Shown here one piece after another: positions 23,577-37,951 of a stretch of DNA of 38,908 bases. This DNA is from Octopus sinensis (lineage: Eukaryota). The DNA is taken from the NCBI RefSeq assembly GCF_006345805.1, contig NW_021835703.1, positions 1 to 38,908 of the forward strand. Direction: 5' to 3'. The notes beneath the pieces are model-generated. The model had not been told where the DNA came from, ran no database searches, and saw only the letters and a program-made list of their open reading frames with translations. The position numbers and the translations under genes are program-made. Each line of letters begins with the position of its first letter. Positions within the stretch are counted from its first letter, which is position 1.

Positions 23577-24960
23577 CACTGTCCGAGTCATTAATGTAGA
23601 GAGTCCCAATAACAATTTTAGCAACGGGTTTGACAACAGTAGCATCACGGACATTAGCAATCACAGCGATCTCAGTGGCAGGGAATATATAGGTGATATT
23701 CCATTAAATAGTATTGATAATGGGGTGTATAATGTCGAAGACAGCCGCAGTTCTCACAATCATAATAGTAATAAGAACGCCGTGTTAATATCAGAAGCCA
23801 ATCTCAATAGAATAAGGTTCTTATCTAGTAATTCCAAGATTAGAAATGCCATTTACCAATGCAGAGTTTATACTGGATCGGATGTCTACTCGTATATCGG
23901 AGCGTCATCATCAAAATTGGCCGTGAGAATATCGAACCACTTCACAAACTTTTCGCGATTTTAGAAAACAACACGCTACCGGACTAAGTAAATTAATCTG
24001 GCGTTTGAAGAACGCGAATTCAGCATTTAGACTGGAATGGTCGATTTTATCGGTGGCTGTACCGTTTGATAGGGGCAAAAGAATCTGTAATCTCTGTAAC
24101 TCTGAACTTTTTCACATTTTGTTCGCCCGAGGGCACCTAGTGAACGGGATTTTGCAACACTCTTTCAGATGTCCCCACTGGAGGCGACTGACATTTCTTG
24201 CATACAATTGAAGCCTAACATAATTAACACCTTGATGTCATAAGAAAAGGAAAAAAATTGTTTGGAAGAAATTTGGAAAAAATTTTGAATTAAATTTGAA
24301 AGGGGGAATTACTCCCCTTTTAGCGTATGTTCTGCTACTTTTTTAGAAACAATATCAGGGATTACACTTCCCTGTTTTTTGACAAGTCATCTGTATATAA
24401 ACTGGTCATAGACGAACACAGACACAGAATTTTATCAGCCGCTTGACCAGCAATGCCTACAATACAATATATTTTCTCTCTAGCTGCTTCCTAACATACT
24501 GCCACACATACATAGGCGCATACACACACACATACATGTAGGTAGTTCCTCACACCCAAATAAGATAACTGTCATTCTTAAGACAATTTGAACATTAACA
24601 CTAGTTATACAGAATATATTCACACTTTTGGGTTTTCTGTGATTCCTCCCCTACCTGATTTGACCGTAGTTTGACCTAGGTTTATTCCAACGGTTTTTTC
24701 GTCGGCCTTCACCCACTCTGACGTCAGCGCATATTGAGAGACAGTTTTGTGCCATTTTTACCATGGGCTCCTAGGGAGCGTTTTGTTCGAAAAGCTTGCT
24801 GCGCATTTGTTTTGAGATTTTAAATTCCTGGATTTTCCTGCAGAATGGTCTCCTTATTCAATCCGAATTTGGGAATTTGCAGCCTTTGAAACATGTGTAG
24901 AAAATAATAAAAAGGAATTTTGTAGAATCTTCGTTCGGCTCCATTTCTTCCCTTCACTAA
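23577..24960 (+). mobile_element. Penelope-like GIY-YIG element, second copy (5'-truncated, frameshifted)
   Basis: NAIYQCRVYTGSDVYSYIG..AVRISNH, frameshift ~23950, then WRLKNANSAFRLEWSIL..CNLCNSELFHIL..LVN..CPH. The hammerhead core in the terminus is disrupted by a small deletion near 24840. Confidence 0.82.
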
Positions 24961-24996
24961 ATATATATATGTATATATATATATATATATATATAA

Positions 24997-25435
24997 TAAT
25001 AAATATTAGGGAATAAATCCAAATTTACAGGGAAAAAAATCAGATTTAGGATTAAATCCAATTTTATAGTAAAATATTATAAAATATTATTAGAGACAAA
25101 ACCACTATTTTGCAAAACAAACAAGGAAAGACTTAATCAATACATAAAATTTTAATAAATAGTCAAATATATTTTATATATATAATATATATATATAATA
25201 TATATATATAATATATATTATATATATATTATATATATAATATTATTAGAGACAAAACCACTATTATGCAAATCAAACAAAGAAAGACTTAATCCGATAC
25301 ATAAAAAATTTTATATAAATTAAATATAATTAAGTGGTTTTGTCTCTAATAATATTATATTATATTTTACTATAAAATTGGATTCAATCCTAAATCTGAT
25401 TTTTCCCTGTAAATTTGGATTTATTCCCTAATATC

Positions 25436-25442
<7 letters not shown>
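24997..25442. repeat. AT-rich element end in inverted and partly tandem arrangement
   Basis: 24997-25110 is inverted at ~25335-25442 and 25085-25150 repeats at ~25241-25310. Related pieces occur at ~8125-8195, ~9653-9710 and ~27100-27320. Confidence 0.7.
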
Positions 25443-25467
<25 letters not shown>

Positions 25468-25469
<2 letters not shown>

Positions 25470-26448
25470 GAATTAAGAAGAGCCAGATTCCGGATGCACC
25501 ACCGACATAGCTCTACTGTTATCACCCATACGAGTGCCGGTCGAGAAGGTATTGAAGCAGGGAAATACAATCTCCCCAAAACTTTTCACTGCATGTCTCG
25601 AATAGATCATCAGAGGCATCGACTGGCAAGGTGGTGTCAACATCAATGGCGAGCTCCTCACACACCTCTGTTTCGCTGACGACATCGTACTCATCGCTGA
25701 AAACACGGATCAGCTTCAGACCATGCTGACGGAGCTCGATATCAAAAGCTGTGCAGCAGGTCTCAAGATGAAAACAAAGTTCATGCGGTCAGACAACGTA
25801 CCAACAGGTCGAATGGTGATCGGCTGTGATGAAATAGAGGAGGAAAGGGAATATGTCTACCTGGGAGAGGAAGGAATATGTGCCGAGATATCGAAAAGGA
25901 TATCTCACGGAGAGTAAGGGCCGGTTGGAAGGCGTTTAATGGCATAAAGGATGTGCTCAAGGGAAGTTTGGACAGGACCACCCACGCCAATCTCATTCAC
26001 AGTGCAGTTCTGCCTGCAATGTTATATGGTAGTGAAACATGGGCTACCACAAAGAGAGAAGAGCAAAGACTGGTAAAGGTTCAAAGGGCCATGGAAAGGT
26101 CAATGCTTGGTATCTCGTTGAGAGAGCACATCAGTAGCGAGATCATCAGAAAGAAGTCCGGCGTGAGAGATGTCATCGCAGAGTATACATGCAGCAAGTA
26201 TAGATGGGCTGGACACGTCACCAGGCTCACCGATAATCGGTGGACCCACGCAATTTTCGAGTGGTAGCCGTGCGAGCGGAAAAGACAACACGGAAGACCT
26301 CCATGATGGTGGAGTTACGATTTCAGGAGGACGATTGGGATCACGTGGTTGGGAAAGGCCCGATCCAGAGAAAAGTGGACAGCGTGCTGTGACCAGCGGT
26401 GTCAAATGGATGCCTGACGGACTAGTCGGTCAAGTTGATCATGGTGAT
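25468..26448 (+). mobile_element. 5'-truncated RTE-clade LINE (RT core to 3' end), degenerate
   Basis: KQGNTISPKLF, LTHLCFADDIVL, EYVYLG, DISRRVRAGWKAF, AVLPAMLYGSETW, YRWAGHVTR; several stops and frameshifts. Confidence 0.9.
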
Positions 26449-26580
26449 ATATAGTAAATAATATAATTTAAAGAATAAACAAAAAAATTAGATAATGATC
26501 AGACATGCATAAGTATATATATATATATAATATATATATATATTATATATATTATATATATATATATATATGTATATGTG

Positions 26581-26911
26581 AAGGCACATGGCTCAGTGGT
26601 TAGAGCGTCGAGCTTACGATCGTGAGGTTGTGACCTCGAATCCCGGACCGGGCTGCGTGTTGTGTTCTTGAGCAAAGCACTTATTTCACGTTGCTCCAGT
26701 TCACTCAGCTGTAGAAATGAGTTGCGACGTCACTGGTGCCAAGCTGTATCGACCTTTGTCTTTCCTTGAATAACACTGGTGGCGTGGAGAGGGGAGGCTG
26801 GTATGCATGGTCGACTGCTGGTCTTCCATAAACAACCTTGCCCGGACTTGTGTCTAGGAGGGTAACTTTCTAGGTGCAATCCCATGGTCATTCATGACCG
26901 AAGGGGGTCTT

Positions 26912-26917
<6 letters not shown>
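26581..26917 (+). mobile_element. tRNA-derived SINE with CORE-like central domain
   Basis: A box TGGCTCAGTGG, B-box-like CTCGAATCC, central GTGTTCTTGAGCAAAGCACTT..CTCAGCTGTAGAAATGAG; flanked by TA-rich repeats. Confidence 0.8.
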
Positions 26918-27009
<92 letters not shown>

Positions 27010-27032
27010 GTATATATATATGTATATAATAT

Positions 27033-27091
<59 letters not shown>

Positions 27092-27312
27092 AAATTAATA
27101 ATAAATATTAGGGAATAAATCCAAACTTACAGGGAAAAATCAGATTTAGGATTGAATCCAATTTTATAGTAAATAAAAAATTTATATTAAATTAATTAAT
27201 TATATTTTTTAATAATGTTGTTATATATTTAAATAATATAAATTAAATAATCTTATGTATTGGCTTAAGTTTTTCATTGTATGATTTACCTAATAGTGGT
27301 TTTATCTCTAAT

Positions 27313-27378
<66 letters not shown>

Positions 27379-29701
27379 TTGCCGAATTATTTGGGTTGTC
27401 TTTATCTTCATACGTACGTTTTCTTTTTGATTTCCTTGCTAATGTATTTGATTTGTTTACCTTCTTCTATATAGAGATTGGCTGACGAAAGATTTGCTTA
27501 TTTTGTTTGCAGAAGCAATATAGGTCTTAGAACTAAACTTGTATTACGTACTAGGCGTGTTTTATATGATTCTTTGGTGCTTATTTAAGTTTCCAAATGT
27601 CCATGTTCTCAAATAACATCTGGAATTATGAATTCATTATTTTGTAGCATTATTCCTTAACTTACTTGGATAAAATAATTTGAAAAATGTGGATTTTGAG
27701 ATTTTTCATTGGTTTTTAGACTTCTTGAAGTATTGTTATCGAAACATGTTAAGCAAGTTGAAAACTATTTTTCGTGCATTACTTCGATTCTTGTCCAAGT
27801 TCGTTCGTATCAGAGGTGAATATATAGTGTGCAGTACTAGCGAGGAAATACCGCGAAATTTATACCTGGATTAAATGTTTCATAGGCACAGAGACAAGGT
27901 CAGTCTGTATAAACAGTGATAGTGTTATCTCGAAAGGGCTTTTCCTTCCAGAGTGTAGCAGGAAAATTGCTTCACTAAATTTAACTGCATATTACTAGGG
28001 TATAGTGTATTCATTCATGTTCAGCGAGTAATGCAGTCAGTGAGTGGAGGTTAACAGGTTTTATTCAGATCAGAGAATGAAAATATGAACAATGCAAAGG
28101 ACACGTTATGTATTGAAATAAATGTTTTATTGATATTAAAATCCAATTGTTTACAATACAATAAATATATGATACAAATTAACATATATATGTCTTAGGT
28201 TTTGCATTATAGAAAAGCAAGAGAAAAATATATTCAAACAGTTTTACAGTCATTCTACGGATGATAAATATAATTGTAAGTATATACATAGAAAAAATTA
28301 AATAATATAACTTTAGAAAATGTTTATTCAGTTATTATGATATATATATATGTGTGTGTATGTGTGTGTATGTGTGTGTGTGTGCGTGCGTGTGTGTGTG
28401 TATGTGAAGGTGCTTGTGTGCCTGCAAATACACATACACACCAACGCTCACGCCTACATTTGCTAGCATAAATATATGAAATTATGTTAAAATATATACA
28501 AAAATGCTTATATATATTGTGTTTCAAAGTTATATATCAGTTAGAATTAAATATTTATGTAAATATTACATAAACATTATTATGTGTGTTAATTTTCTGC
28601 TGGACTGAGTACTAGTGTTTAAGTGAGTATAGGATATGGATATGGATTCAGAGAATCTATTAGTTCACATGATCATGAATTACAACGTAGTGTCATGTGA
28701 AATAACTACGGACGCTAGCTTTCTTTATTTCAATCAGTTTGTGAATATAAAATTGTTTTGTTAAAGATGAGCAATGATATGAACGTAAACATGTAAATAT
28801 AAATCGTTGCATAGTGAAATTAATACTTGAAGAACTTTATGAAACTGCTGTAATTCTACCTCACTTATATGTATAAAACAAAATGACAGTCAGATATGCA
28901 CTCCTTAACATTTATGAATATTCTTCCAATATTTTCGAAATGTTACTCAAATGGAATGAAATGTTGATCATTATTACCAGAATTATTACCATTATTATCA
29001 GAATGCCAGCAATATAAGATAACATGTGCACTTTCATGTGTATGCAGGTCTCTGTATTTCTATTCATTGTTGATTCTTATAGTGAGGATTAAACCATGAA
29101 TATCGAAGTATTTAGTGTTAGGAACATGTAACGTATAAATAAATTCATTCAACACAATTTATCGGTTTCAATTATTTATATATAAAGAATCCGGATATGG
29201 GTTTAGGTTGAAAAAAAAGGAAATGTTAATTGAGTTAGATATGATGGTAGGCAAGATAAGACTTCCCTACATTCTTTACAAAATAGAAAAACAAAATAGC
29301 AAGAAATATATTTCATTTAGAGATCTGTCTTTTGTCAATGTATGTAAGAATGTAGTTTTTAAATGAATGCATGTAAATTTATGCATAATTCTATATACAC
29401 GTATATATTTATATTTGTATGTATATGTGCGTATGTGAGTGACTTTGTAGGTGTGTTTGTGTGTGTGTGTGTTGTGTGTATCTATAAACACAAAGAGAGA
29501 GCGAGAGAGCGAATGAGAGCGAAAGAAAGAAATAGCGAGAGAGCACCTATTTAAATATATACGCTTGTATAATTTGTGTGTGTGTGCATGTTTCGTATGT
29601 GTTTCTTATAACAACCACACAGTGGTTTACTTAAACTTCCATAACATTATGAAAAACATTTGTGTTACACACATTTGAATGTTTGATGATGTTGGCCGAT
29701 A

Positions 29702-31468
29702 TTACGACTCATATTCATCGCCATTTCCTCCAGATATTACATCGACTTTCCGTGCACACGCACAGGCTGTGGCTACTTCGATGACACTTGGTTTATAAAC
29801 GTACAGTCCATCAACACATTCAGCTGTACGTTTCAGGACAGTCATTGGAGTATAAACCATCACACATTGGTGGTTACTGTCAGAGTCCAGACAGTCTGTA
29901 CAACGACACACGACTTCTGTGCGTGATGGAGGAAAATATGTGGAATTGTGGGTAATTTTCAGGTACCATGGGCAGGTTGAACGCTCGCGAATGACATCAG
30001 TAGATACGGAAGATGTAGGGCAAGTTTTATCCCCTACGGTCAGTGCTTGTTGGTCACTTCCCGCTGGAGATATTTCAGCTGGTAGAAAAAAGCTATTGCC
30101 GATCGCTGCGTTGTAGAGTTTCTCGTACCGAATATTCAAGTCATTTGGTATGTTACATTGAGTCGGAATTGACGCCGAGGATATGAAGAATACGACGTTG
30201 GTGAGAAGGAAGATCACAACTCGGAGGTGAACCTGCGTGATATAAAATGTATATGTGAAAATGAGTAGTTACGTTTCGATATGACCTACAGCTAAATGAA
30301 TAAACGAAATCAAGTATAATATACTACTTGTATTGCTCACATCAACTCATTCACTTACTGACTGACTGACCGACTGTCTCACTCACTCACTCACTCACTC
30401 ACTCTCTCTCTCTCTCTTTTTTGCCAATGTATGTGTGAATGTATTTTTAAATGTATGCTTATATACATGTAAATATATGCATATCTCTATACACGCGTAT
30501 ATATTTATATTTGTATATGTGTGTGTGTGTGTGTATGTGTGTGAGTTTGTGCGCTACAATAGCATAATAATTCTGATTGAGAGAGTCATCATTAATTATC
30601 ATATGGATTCGAAAATACAATCAGTATCGTTGATATCATAAAAAAATATAACGTAGTTTTACAAATCTGTGCATCGAAATAGAAATACGAATACACATAA
30701 CAACACAATCCACTGTTCTCGAATATTTGTATTAGACAATCCACACATGCATAATATAAAACAGGAGATAATACAATCTTAAATCTCAAAATATTCCATA
30801 TTCAGTAAGTTATGTGTAAAATAACCATTACCCTATTTTTGCCTCCTTAACTCTTTATTATTTAATAGATTCTCTGGTGTACTTTAGTCTTGTAAACAAA
30901 GGTAATATTCATCTTTTATTATTTCATTAAATCTATGGAGTCCCTTAATTTCAAGTATCCATACCCAAAATAAACTTAAACTAAGATAAAGTCAGCATAG
31001 CAACATACTATATAGAAAATACTACACAGAATTTTTTTTCTCATACACACCTCTTTAAAGTTTTCCAGATTTCTTAAACCACCACTACCCACTTCGCTCT
31101 TGGTCACCCAGCCAACCATTTTCTACTACCCTCTCAACCTTAAAATCTCTAACTTTCATACACACTAACATAGCTAACCATTCACTGTTCTATATTTAAG
31201 AGATGAGGAATTATGTACATTATTTACGTTATTTACGATTGACGGATATTTGTCTTCCTCTTGTTTGTTGTTAAAACGCTTCGGTTGATATATCCTCCAG
31301 GCTTCAACAGATGTCTTCGGGAAATTTCGAACCTGGGTTCTCATTCCTATGGCATTTTTCGATGTTGATGTTGGTGTTGTTGTTGTTATTATTATTATTA
31401 TTATTATTATCCTCCTCCTCCTCCTCATCATCATCATCATCATCATCATTATTATTATCATTAATATG

Positions 31469-31510
<42 letters not shown>

Positions 31511-32076
31511 GAGTGAGAGAGCAGTTCATGCCATCAAAGTGACACTGGGGTAAAATATACGAAGCTCAATATACCCATCATGACTACCCGTGATAAAGGT
31601 ACACCAGGCACATGCATCACAACCATATGTGCGCGACATGGTGATCTCATATCAAGAAACAGCACATGACCTTGCAGGTGGGGCCCAGTTAGAATTTTCT
31701 TCAGGTTGAGTAGCCATCCCGCTCAAACGGTCCCTGAATAGGGTTGCTTAAGGATGTTGAAAGAACCACCCATGTTTCCAGAGGTGAACTATTCAAACCC
31801 AAGAATCCCTCTCAACACATGGCTATGATGCTCCCCCACTACTTCTGCTCGTGATCAGAGATGCACATATCATCAGCCACTAAGGGACATGCTCAACTGG
31901 TTAAGGTCAAAACTGACAAGCAAATCTGTGGTATTGAGCAGAATATTGCTGTAGCCCATCTTTTATACCAAGACAAAACAATGTACATGATAACACTTCC
32001 AATCAGTTAAGATCAGAAGCCATGCGAGCCACTGCCTGGTACTGCATCAGGGCATTTATTATTATTATTATTATTA

Positions 32077-32133
<57 letters not shown>

Positions 32134-32454
32134 TACTATTATTATTATTATTCAGGTAACTGCCTGGAATCGAACTCCGAATCTTGGAGTTACTAGCCCG
32201 CGCTACTTACCATACACATGCAACCGAAACGACATTTCTGTCATCCGCCCATCTTCCACCTCTACGATTATAAATCCTGAATAGTCCCATTATTAAACCC
32301 TCACCTTGAATTTAATTTCTCCATAAGATCATTCAATTGTGAATCTCCTTTGTGTCATCACATCATATCTACCAGTATATACCTGAACTCTGAGGTCGGT
32401 ATTATCCGAAGGTGTAATCAATTTACAATATTGTTTCTCATTAATAAATCATAC

Positions 32455-32486
<32 letters not shown>

Positions 32487-32887
32487 ATGTATGCATATAT
32501 ATATAGGAATTGTATGTATATATATATATATGTGTGTGTGTGTGTATAGATATATGTTTATATGTATATATGAAATGTAACCCCAATCATTAGGCCCTTA
32601 TATCACTTTATCATCGTTCAATACTATAAACTATGTTTTAATTTTTTAAAACACTTAAGTATGTGTAAAATAGGTATGTTTAAATTAGGTCCGCTGGACC
32701 CTACAGTACAAGCCATAGTTCAAATAAAAATTCAAATAAAAAGTTAAAAATAACAGCTACAAAAATAAGAATTACAAAAATAAAGTTAGAAATAACATAT
32801 ATATATATATACAAAGAAAGTTAAATTATTCTCCACATTCCAATAAACATTTCTCTTTTTAGCCCTCTTATACATACATATGTACAT

Positions 32888-32938
<51 letters not shown>

Positions 32939-33865
32939 CATTAATAAATCTCGGTTTTCGATGAAGGAGACCTTTGCGGGCCAAAAATGGAAATGTTTAT
33001 TGGAATGTGGAGATTAATTTAACTTTCTTTGAGTTGCTCCGTGACTTCAAATCCGTCCATAAGCATCGTTTGCAATGAAAATATATTTCGAAGAATGATT
33101 GCATACGTTTCTAAAGCTTTATGAACGGAGTTTATGCTACTTTCTAACATATAATTTTGATTGCACATGTGTCAGTGGTTAGAGCATCGAATTCCGTGCC
33201 GGGCTGTGTTTTGTGTTCTTAACCAAAACGTTTTATTTCGCGTTGCTCTACTTGCCTAAGCGGTGTAAATTAGGTACGTTGTCACTGGTGCTAAGCGGTG
33301 TCGGCATTTGCCTTTATCTATTACACTATCGATGGCGTGGAGATGGGAATCTAGTATGCACTGCCCGGACTTAATACTTAGGTGTGGAATCTTCTTGGAA
33401 GAATACCTTGGACGTTCAGGACCAAAGGTGTTATTTATTTTAACCAATAGATAATTAAATAGAGAGGGAAATGAATACACAGTTTATGTGCTTCATATCC
33501 TTCTGTTTTAAGTTTCATTAAATATTTTTCACAAATTCTCCTTTAACACCTGCCAAATGTATGCTCTTAGACACCCAACTGCAATTCTAGTTAAATTAAA
33601 AGTGAGATCAAAGAATTACATGTGTATAAAAGATGTATGAAAATATTTATAAATATCTATGTGTGAAAGCACAGAATTAGATCAATATACCACAGCCATA
33701 GAAATACGTATCACACGTATAGTACTAATCTGCGTTCAGTACATAAGCAAAATGATTCACTCATTCCTATGAATGATAGAAGAGTAAGCATAGACATAAG
33801 ACTGAAGATATAAATATTACAGTTGATATTAACAAGGTTTGTTTACTTACGTTGGTGGTATTCAT
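29702..33865 (-). CDS. IL17: Interleukin-17-like cytokine C, 2 exons: complement(join(29702..30232,33851..33865)), 181 aa
   Basis: Acceptor TCACGCAG precedes 30232; exon 2 begins VHLRVVIFLLTN (one extra codon versus A and B); same micro-exon ATGAATACCACCAAC|GTAAGT; cysteine pattern intact. Confidence 0.92.
31511..32047 (-). mobile_element. ~540-bp non-coding interspersed repeat inserted in an (ATT)n tract of the IL17-C intron
   Basis: Higher-GC block flanked by (ATT)n on both sides; absent from the homologous (TAA)n tract in gene B (~12000-12075). Confidence 0.65.
33160..33430 (+). mobile_element. Old tRNA-derived SINE in the IL17-C intron
   Basis: Homologous to 4250-4520 at the equivalent intron position. 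Confidence 0.75.
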
Positions 33866-33998
33866 AATAATGGATGGTCACTTGGAATGGAAAGAATGAC
33901 AATCGTAGTATATATGTATGTATTTTCAAATAAATCTTGAGAGTGCGAGTTTATCAAAATGATATTCACTTGTGATGATAACATCTCCTCTGAGATTA

Positions 33999-34110
33999 CT
34001 TATATATAATATTTTCACCGGGGAATTACCATATGTCACAAAGATGAATGATAACTAAAAAATTATAAATATAAACAGGAGGAACTAACAAATTTACGGA
34101 AAAATTTACT
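33999..34110 (-). promoter_or_regulatory. Putative IL17-C promoter (TATA-like 33999-34008, GGGGAATTACC 34020-34030, ETS-like CCGGAAGT)
   Basis: Nearly identical to the gene A promoter block. Confidence 0.45.
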
Positions 34111-34356
34111 TCCGGTGATGTGAAAGATCTGGTATTAAGTGAAATAAGTTGTGATCTATATAAATTGCAGAGCGTTTGAGGTAACCAGGACATAGATTAT
34201 GATTTGTTTCCTCTTTTACCTGTTAATCGGATGTGGTACGTTCTGAGTTGTCTGAATACACAGGAACAGAGTCATAGTAAATAAGAACTTTTCCAAACTA
34301 TTTTTAATATATTTTATTATTTCTCTTGTCTATCTATCTAGGTTTTTATCTCTCTC

Positions 34357-34434
<78 letters not shown>

Positions 34435-34436
34435 CC

Positions 34437-34471
<35 letters not shown>

Positions 34472-34483
34472 ATCTATCTATCG

Positions 34484-34543
<60 letters not shown>

Positions 34544-34567
34544 CTTTGAATATATATATACACACAA

Positions 34568-34600
<33 letters not shown>

Positions 34601-34918
34601 AAATATATATATAAAATATATATACATATACATAGATATATATATATATACATATATATATATGCATACAGACACTCATATATACAAATATATATATATA
34701 CGCGTTATACATATATACATATATAAATACACACACATATAATATATTCATATATATATTATATATACATATATATATTATATATAACATTATATACATA
34801 TATATACATATATATATATATAAAGGGAAATGGAAATTAATTAAAAGTTATATGTCAAGTGGTCCAACGTGTGAAACATTTAGTCAAAAAGACTACATTT
34901 TAGTGGTACGGTATAGTG

Positions 34919-35105
34919 TATATTTACACATAAGGAATCCACTGATAGAAATTCAACACGTTAGAAAGAACAGCTAGGTTCTATAACCACAAAAAGTGGG
35001 ATAAAATTTGAGAGGAAGGAATTTTATCCCAAAATTGTTTGGTATAGAACCTAGCTATTCCTTCTAACGTGTGAATTCCTATAAGTGGATTCCTTCTGTG
35101 TAATA

Positions 35106-35106
<1 letters not shown>
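34919..35106. repeat. Paralogous copy of the ~190-bp palindrome
   Basis: Same arms and TGAGAGGAAGG loop as 7827-8019. Confidence 0.88.
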
Positions 35107-35182
<76 letters not shown>

Positions 35183-35233
35183 AATATACATACATATTCA
35201 TATCTATATATATATATATATATATATATACAT

Positions 35234-35267
<34 letters not shown>

Positions 35268-36505
35268 GTATGTATATATAATAATATTTGCCTAATAGTG
35301 GTTTTATCAGTAATTTAATTATATATATATATACAAACACGTATATATATACATCCATATATACATACATGCATACGTACATACATACATACATATATAC
35401 AAACATACAATTACATATATATATATTATATATATATATTCTATTAATATAGGATGAAGTTTTTTTTACAGAAATTTTCCATTAAAAACGCGGCAGCTTA
35501 TTAAAATACCTTTCAACTTCAAAATTATAACCACTATAGAAATACGTTGTTCTGAAATCGAGGAAAGAATTTTTTTAAAAACTCCGTTATTTCTATATTG
35601 AATCAATTTCGGAATTAATCTCATAGATTTTTTCCTCTTCAGTAGAAAATATGAATAGAAATAAATGAAATACTTACATGCGCCCATGGAAGAAACATAC
35701 CCAAAGCTTAAGTCATGGGTACACAAAGGTTCCCCATATGTATACAAATATAAATACTTTGGCTAACCTCAGCGCACGCGTGAATTGATCTCCCCACAGC
35801 TTAGAGTGTTTACCAGTCCTTATAGCGAATAGTAATAAATCTACTACTAATATAGGATGAAATTGTTTTTACAGAAAAAATTTCATAAAAAATGGGGCAG
35901 CATATTTAAATACCTTTAAATGTTAAAATTATATGCAACTTATAAACAAGGGCAAAAGAAAATTATTTTTATGCCAATATGCTGATAACAGAGTTTTATA
36001 CCGTCAATTTCCATATATTATTATATACCCACTGCAGAAATACTATGTGCTGCAATCGAGAAAAGCTAGCCAACAGAATCTTTTTATAAAGTTCGTTATT
36101 TCTATATTGAATCAATTTCGGAATTAATCTCAAAAGATTTTTCCCTTTTCAGTAGAAAATACGAATAGAAATAAATGAAATATTTATATGCGCCCATTGT
36201 ATATATATATATATTGGGTCGTCTAGAAAATACGTGCCGATTTTTAAAGGAAAAAAAGGTCAATAAATACTTGCCATTACATTTTTAATCAACCAAATAT
36301 GAACCATTGGCTTGCACAATGCCTTTCTATATAAATATATTTATAATTTATAAGTTTAAATTATTAACTTTAATTTTAATATTTTAATTGGATTTTTATA
36401 TTTTATATAGTATATTTTTTATATATTTTTAAATTAATTTTATTTCTATGTATGGCTTATGATTTTCACTGTTGATTTGCCTAGTCGTGGTTTTATCTCT
36501 AATTA

Positions 36506-36552
<47 letters not shown>

Positions 36553-36741
36553 TATACATATATATGTATAAATATTTGTATGTGTATGTGCATATGTATA
36601 TATATATGTATATATATATGTGTCTGTGTATGTATGTATGTATATATATATATATATGTACGTATGTTTATGTATATGTATATGTATATATGTATATATA
36701 TACATATATATATGTATACATAGAGATAGATAGATAAAGAT

Positions 36742-36824
<83 letters not shown>

Positions 36825-37048
36825 TGCAACACAAATGATAAATTATATTAAAAATAGATCGGAAAACTTCTTAAGACAATATTTTACTATGTCTATGTTC
36901 CTGTGTATTAAGAGAACTCACAAAGTACCACACCCCATTAACAGGTAAAAGACGAAACAAATCTTAAACCATGTCCTGGTTACTCTAGACGCTCAGTAAT
37001 TTCTAAAGATCACAATTTATTTCACGTTATATCAGATCTTTCACATTA

Positions 37049-37165
37049 CTGGAAGTAATTTTTTCCGTAAATTTGTTAGTTCCGCCTGTTTATATTTATA
37101 ATTTTTTAGTTATCATTCATCTTTGTGACATATGGTAATTCCACGGTGAAAATATTATATATAAG
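37049..37165 (+). promoter_or_regulatory. Putative IL17-D promoter (GGAAGT, GGTAATTCCAC 37134-37144, TATATATAAG 37156-37165)
   Basis: Homologous to the gene B promoter. Confidence 0.45.
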
Positions 37166-37298
37166 TAATCTCAGAGGAGCTGTTATCATCACAAGCGAAT
37201 ATCATTTTGATAAACTAGCACGCTCAAGATTTATCTGAAAATACATACAAATATACTACGATTGTCATCCTTTCCATTCCAAGTGACCATCCATTATA

Positions 37299-37313
37299 AT
37301 GAATACCACCAAC
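37299..37313 (+). CDS. IL17: First coding micro-exon (MNTTN) of a fourth IL17-like gene D; exon 2 expected beyond the window end
   Basis: ATGAATACCACCAAC|GTAAGT. The promoter and following intron (to 38900) align with gene B 10030-11710. Confidence 0.8.
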
Positions 37314-37669
37314 GTAAGTAAACAAACCTTATTAATATCAGCTATAATATTTACATCTTCAGTCTTATGTCTATGCTTACTCTTCTATCATTCATAGGAA
37401 TGAGTGCAGCATTTTGCTTATGTACTTAACGCAGATTAGTACTATACATGTGATACTTATTTCTATGGCTGTGGTATATTGATCTAATTCTCTGCTTTCA
37501 TATATGCATATAGATATTTATAAATTGCCCCGTATGTTTTCCTACGAGTAGAATTCGTGCAAATGATTTAAAGAATCTTAAAACAGAAGGATATGTAGCA
37601 CATAAACTGTGTATTCATTTCCCTCTCTTTTTAGTTATTTCTTGATTAAAAGAAATAACACCTTTCGCC

Positions 37670-37951
37670 CTGAATGTCCAAGGGATTCTTCCAAGAAGTT
37701 TCTCCACCAAAGCATTAAGTCCGGCCAGTGCATATCAGATTCCCCTCTCCACGCCATCGATGGTTTAATAAGTAAAGGCCGACACCGTTTAGCACCAGTG
37801 ACATCGCACCTCATTTCCACAGCTGGGGGAACTACAGCAACGCGAAATATAGTGTTTTGCTTAAGAACACAAAACACAACCCGGCACGGAAATCGAATTT
37901 TTGAACTCATGATTATGAGGCAGGTGCTTTAACCACTGAGACATATGCCTT
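37670..37951 (-). mobile_element. Old tRNA-derived SINE in the IL17-D intron
   Basis: Homologous to 10850-11132. Confidence 0.75.

Larger units (their letters stand above)
27400..34545 (-). repeat. Duplicated arm 3 (IL17 gene C with flanks)
   Basis: Direct paralog of arm 1 and inverted paralog of arm 2. Confidence 0.9.

Noticed and set aside
24005-24211. Selenocysteine recoding in the GIY-YIG element (reported for some Penelope-like lineages)
   Set aside because: The cysteine codons here and at ~6650-6745 are TGT/TGC; there is no in-frame TGA at those positions.
26581-26660. Functional tRNA gene
   Set aside because: It has A/B boxes but no complete cloverleaf, and it continues into a SINE body with related copies in the window.
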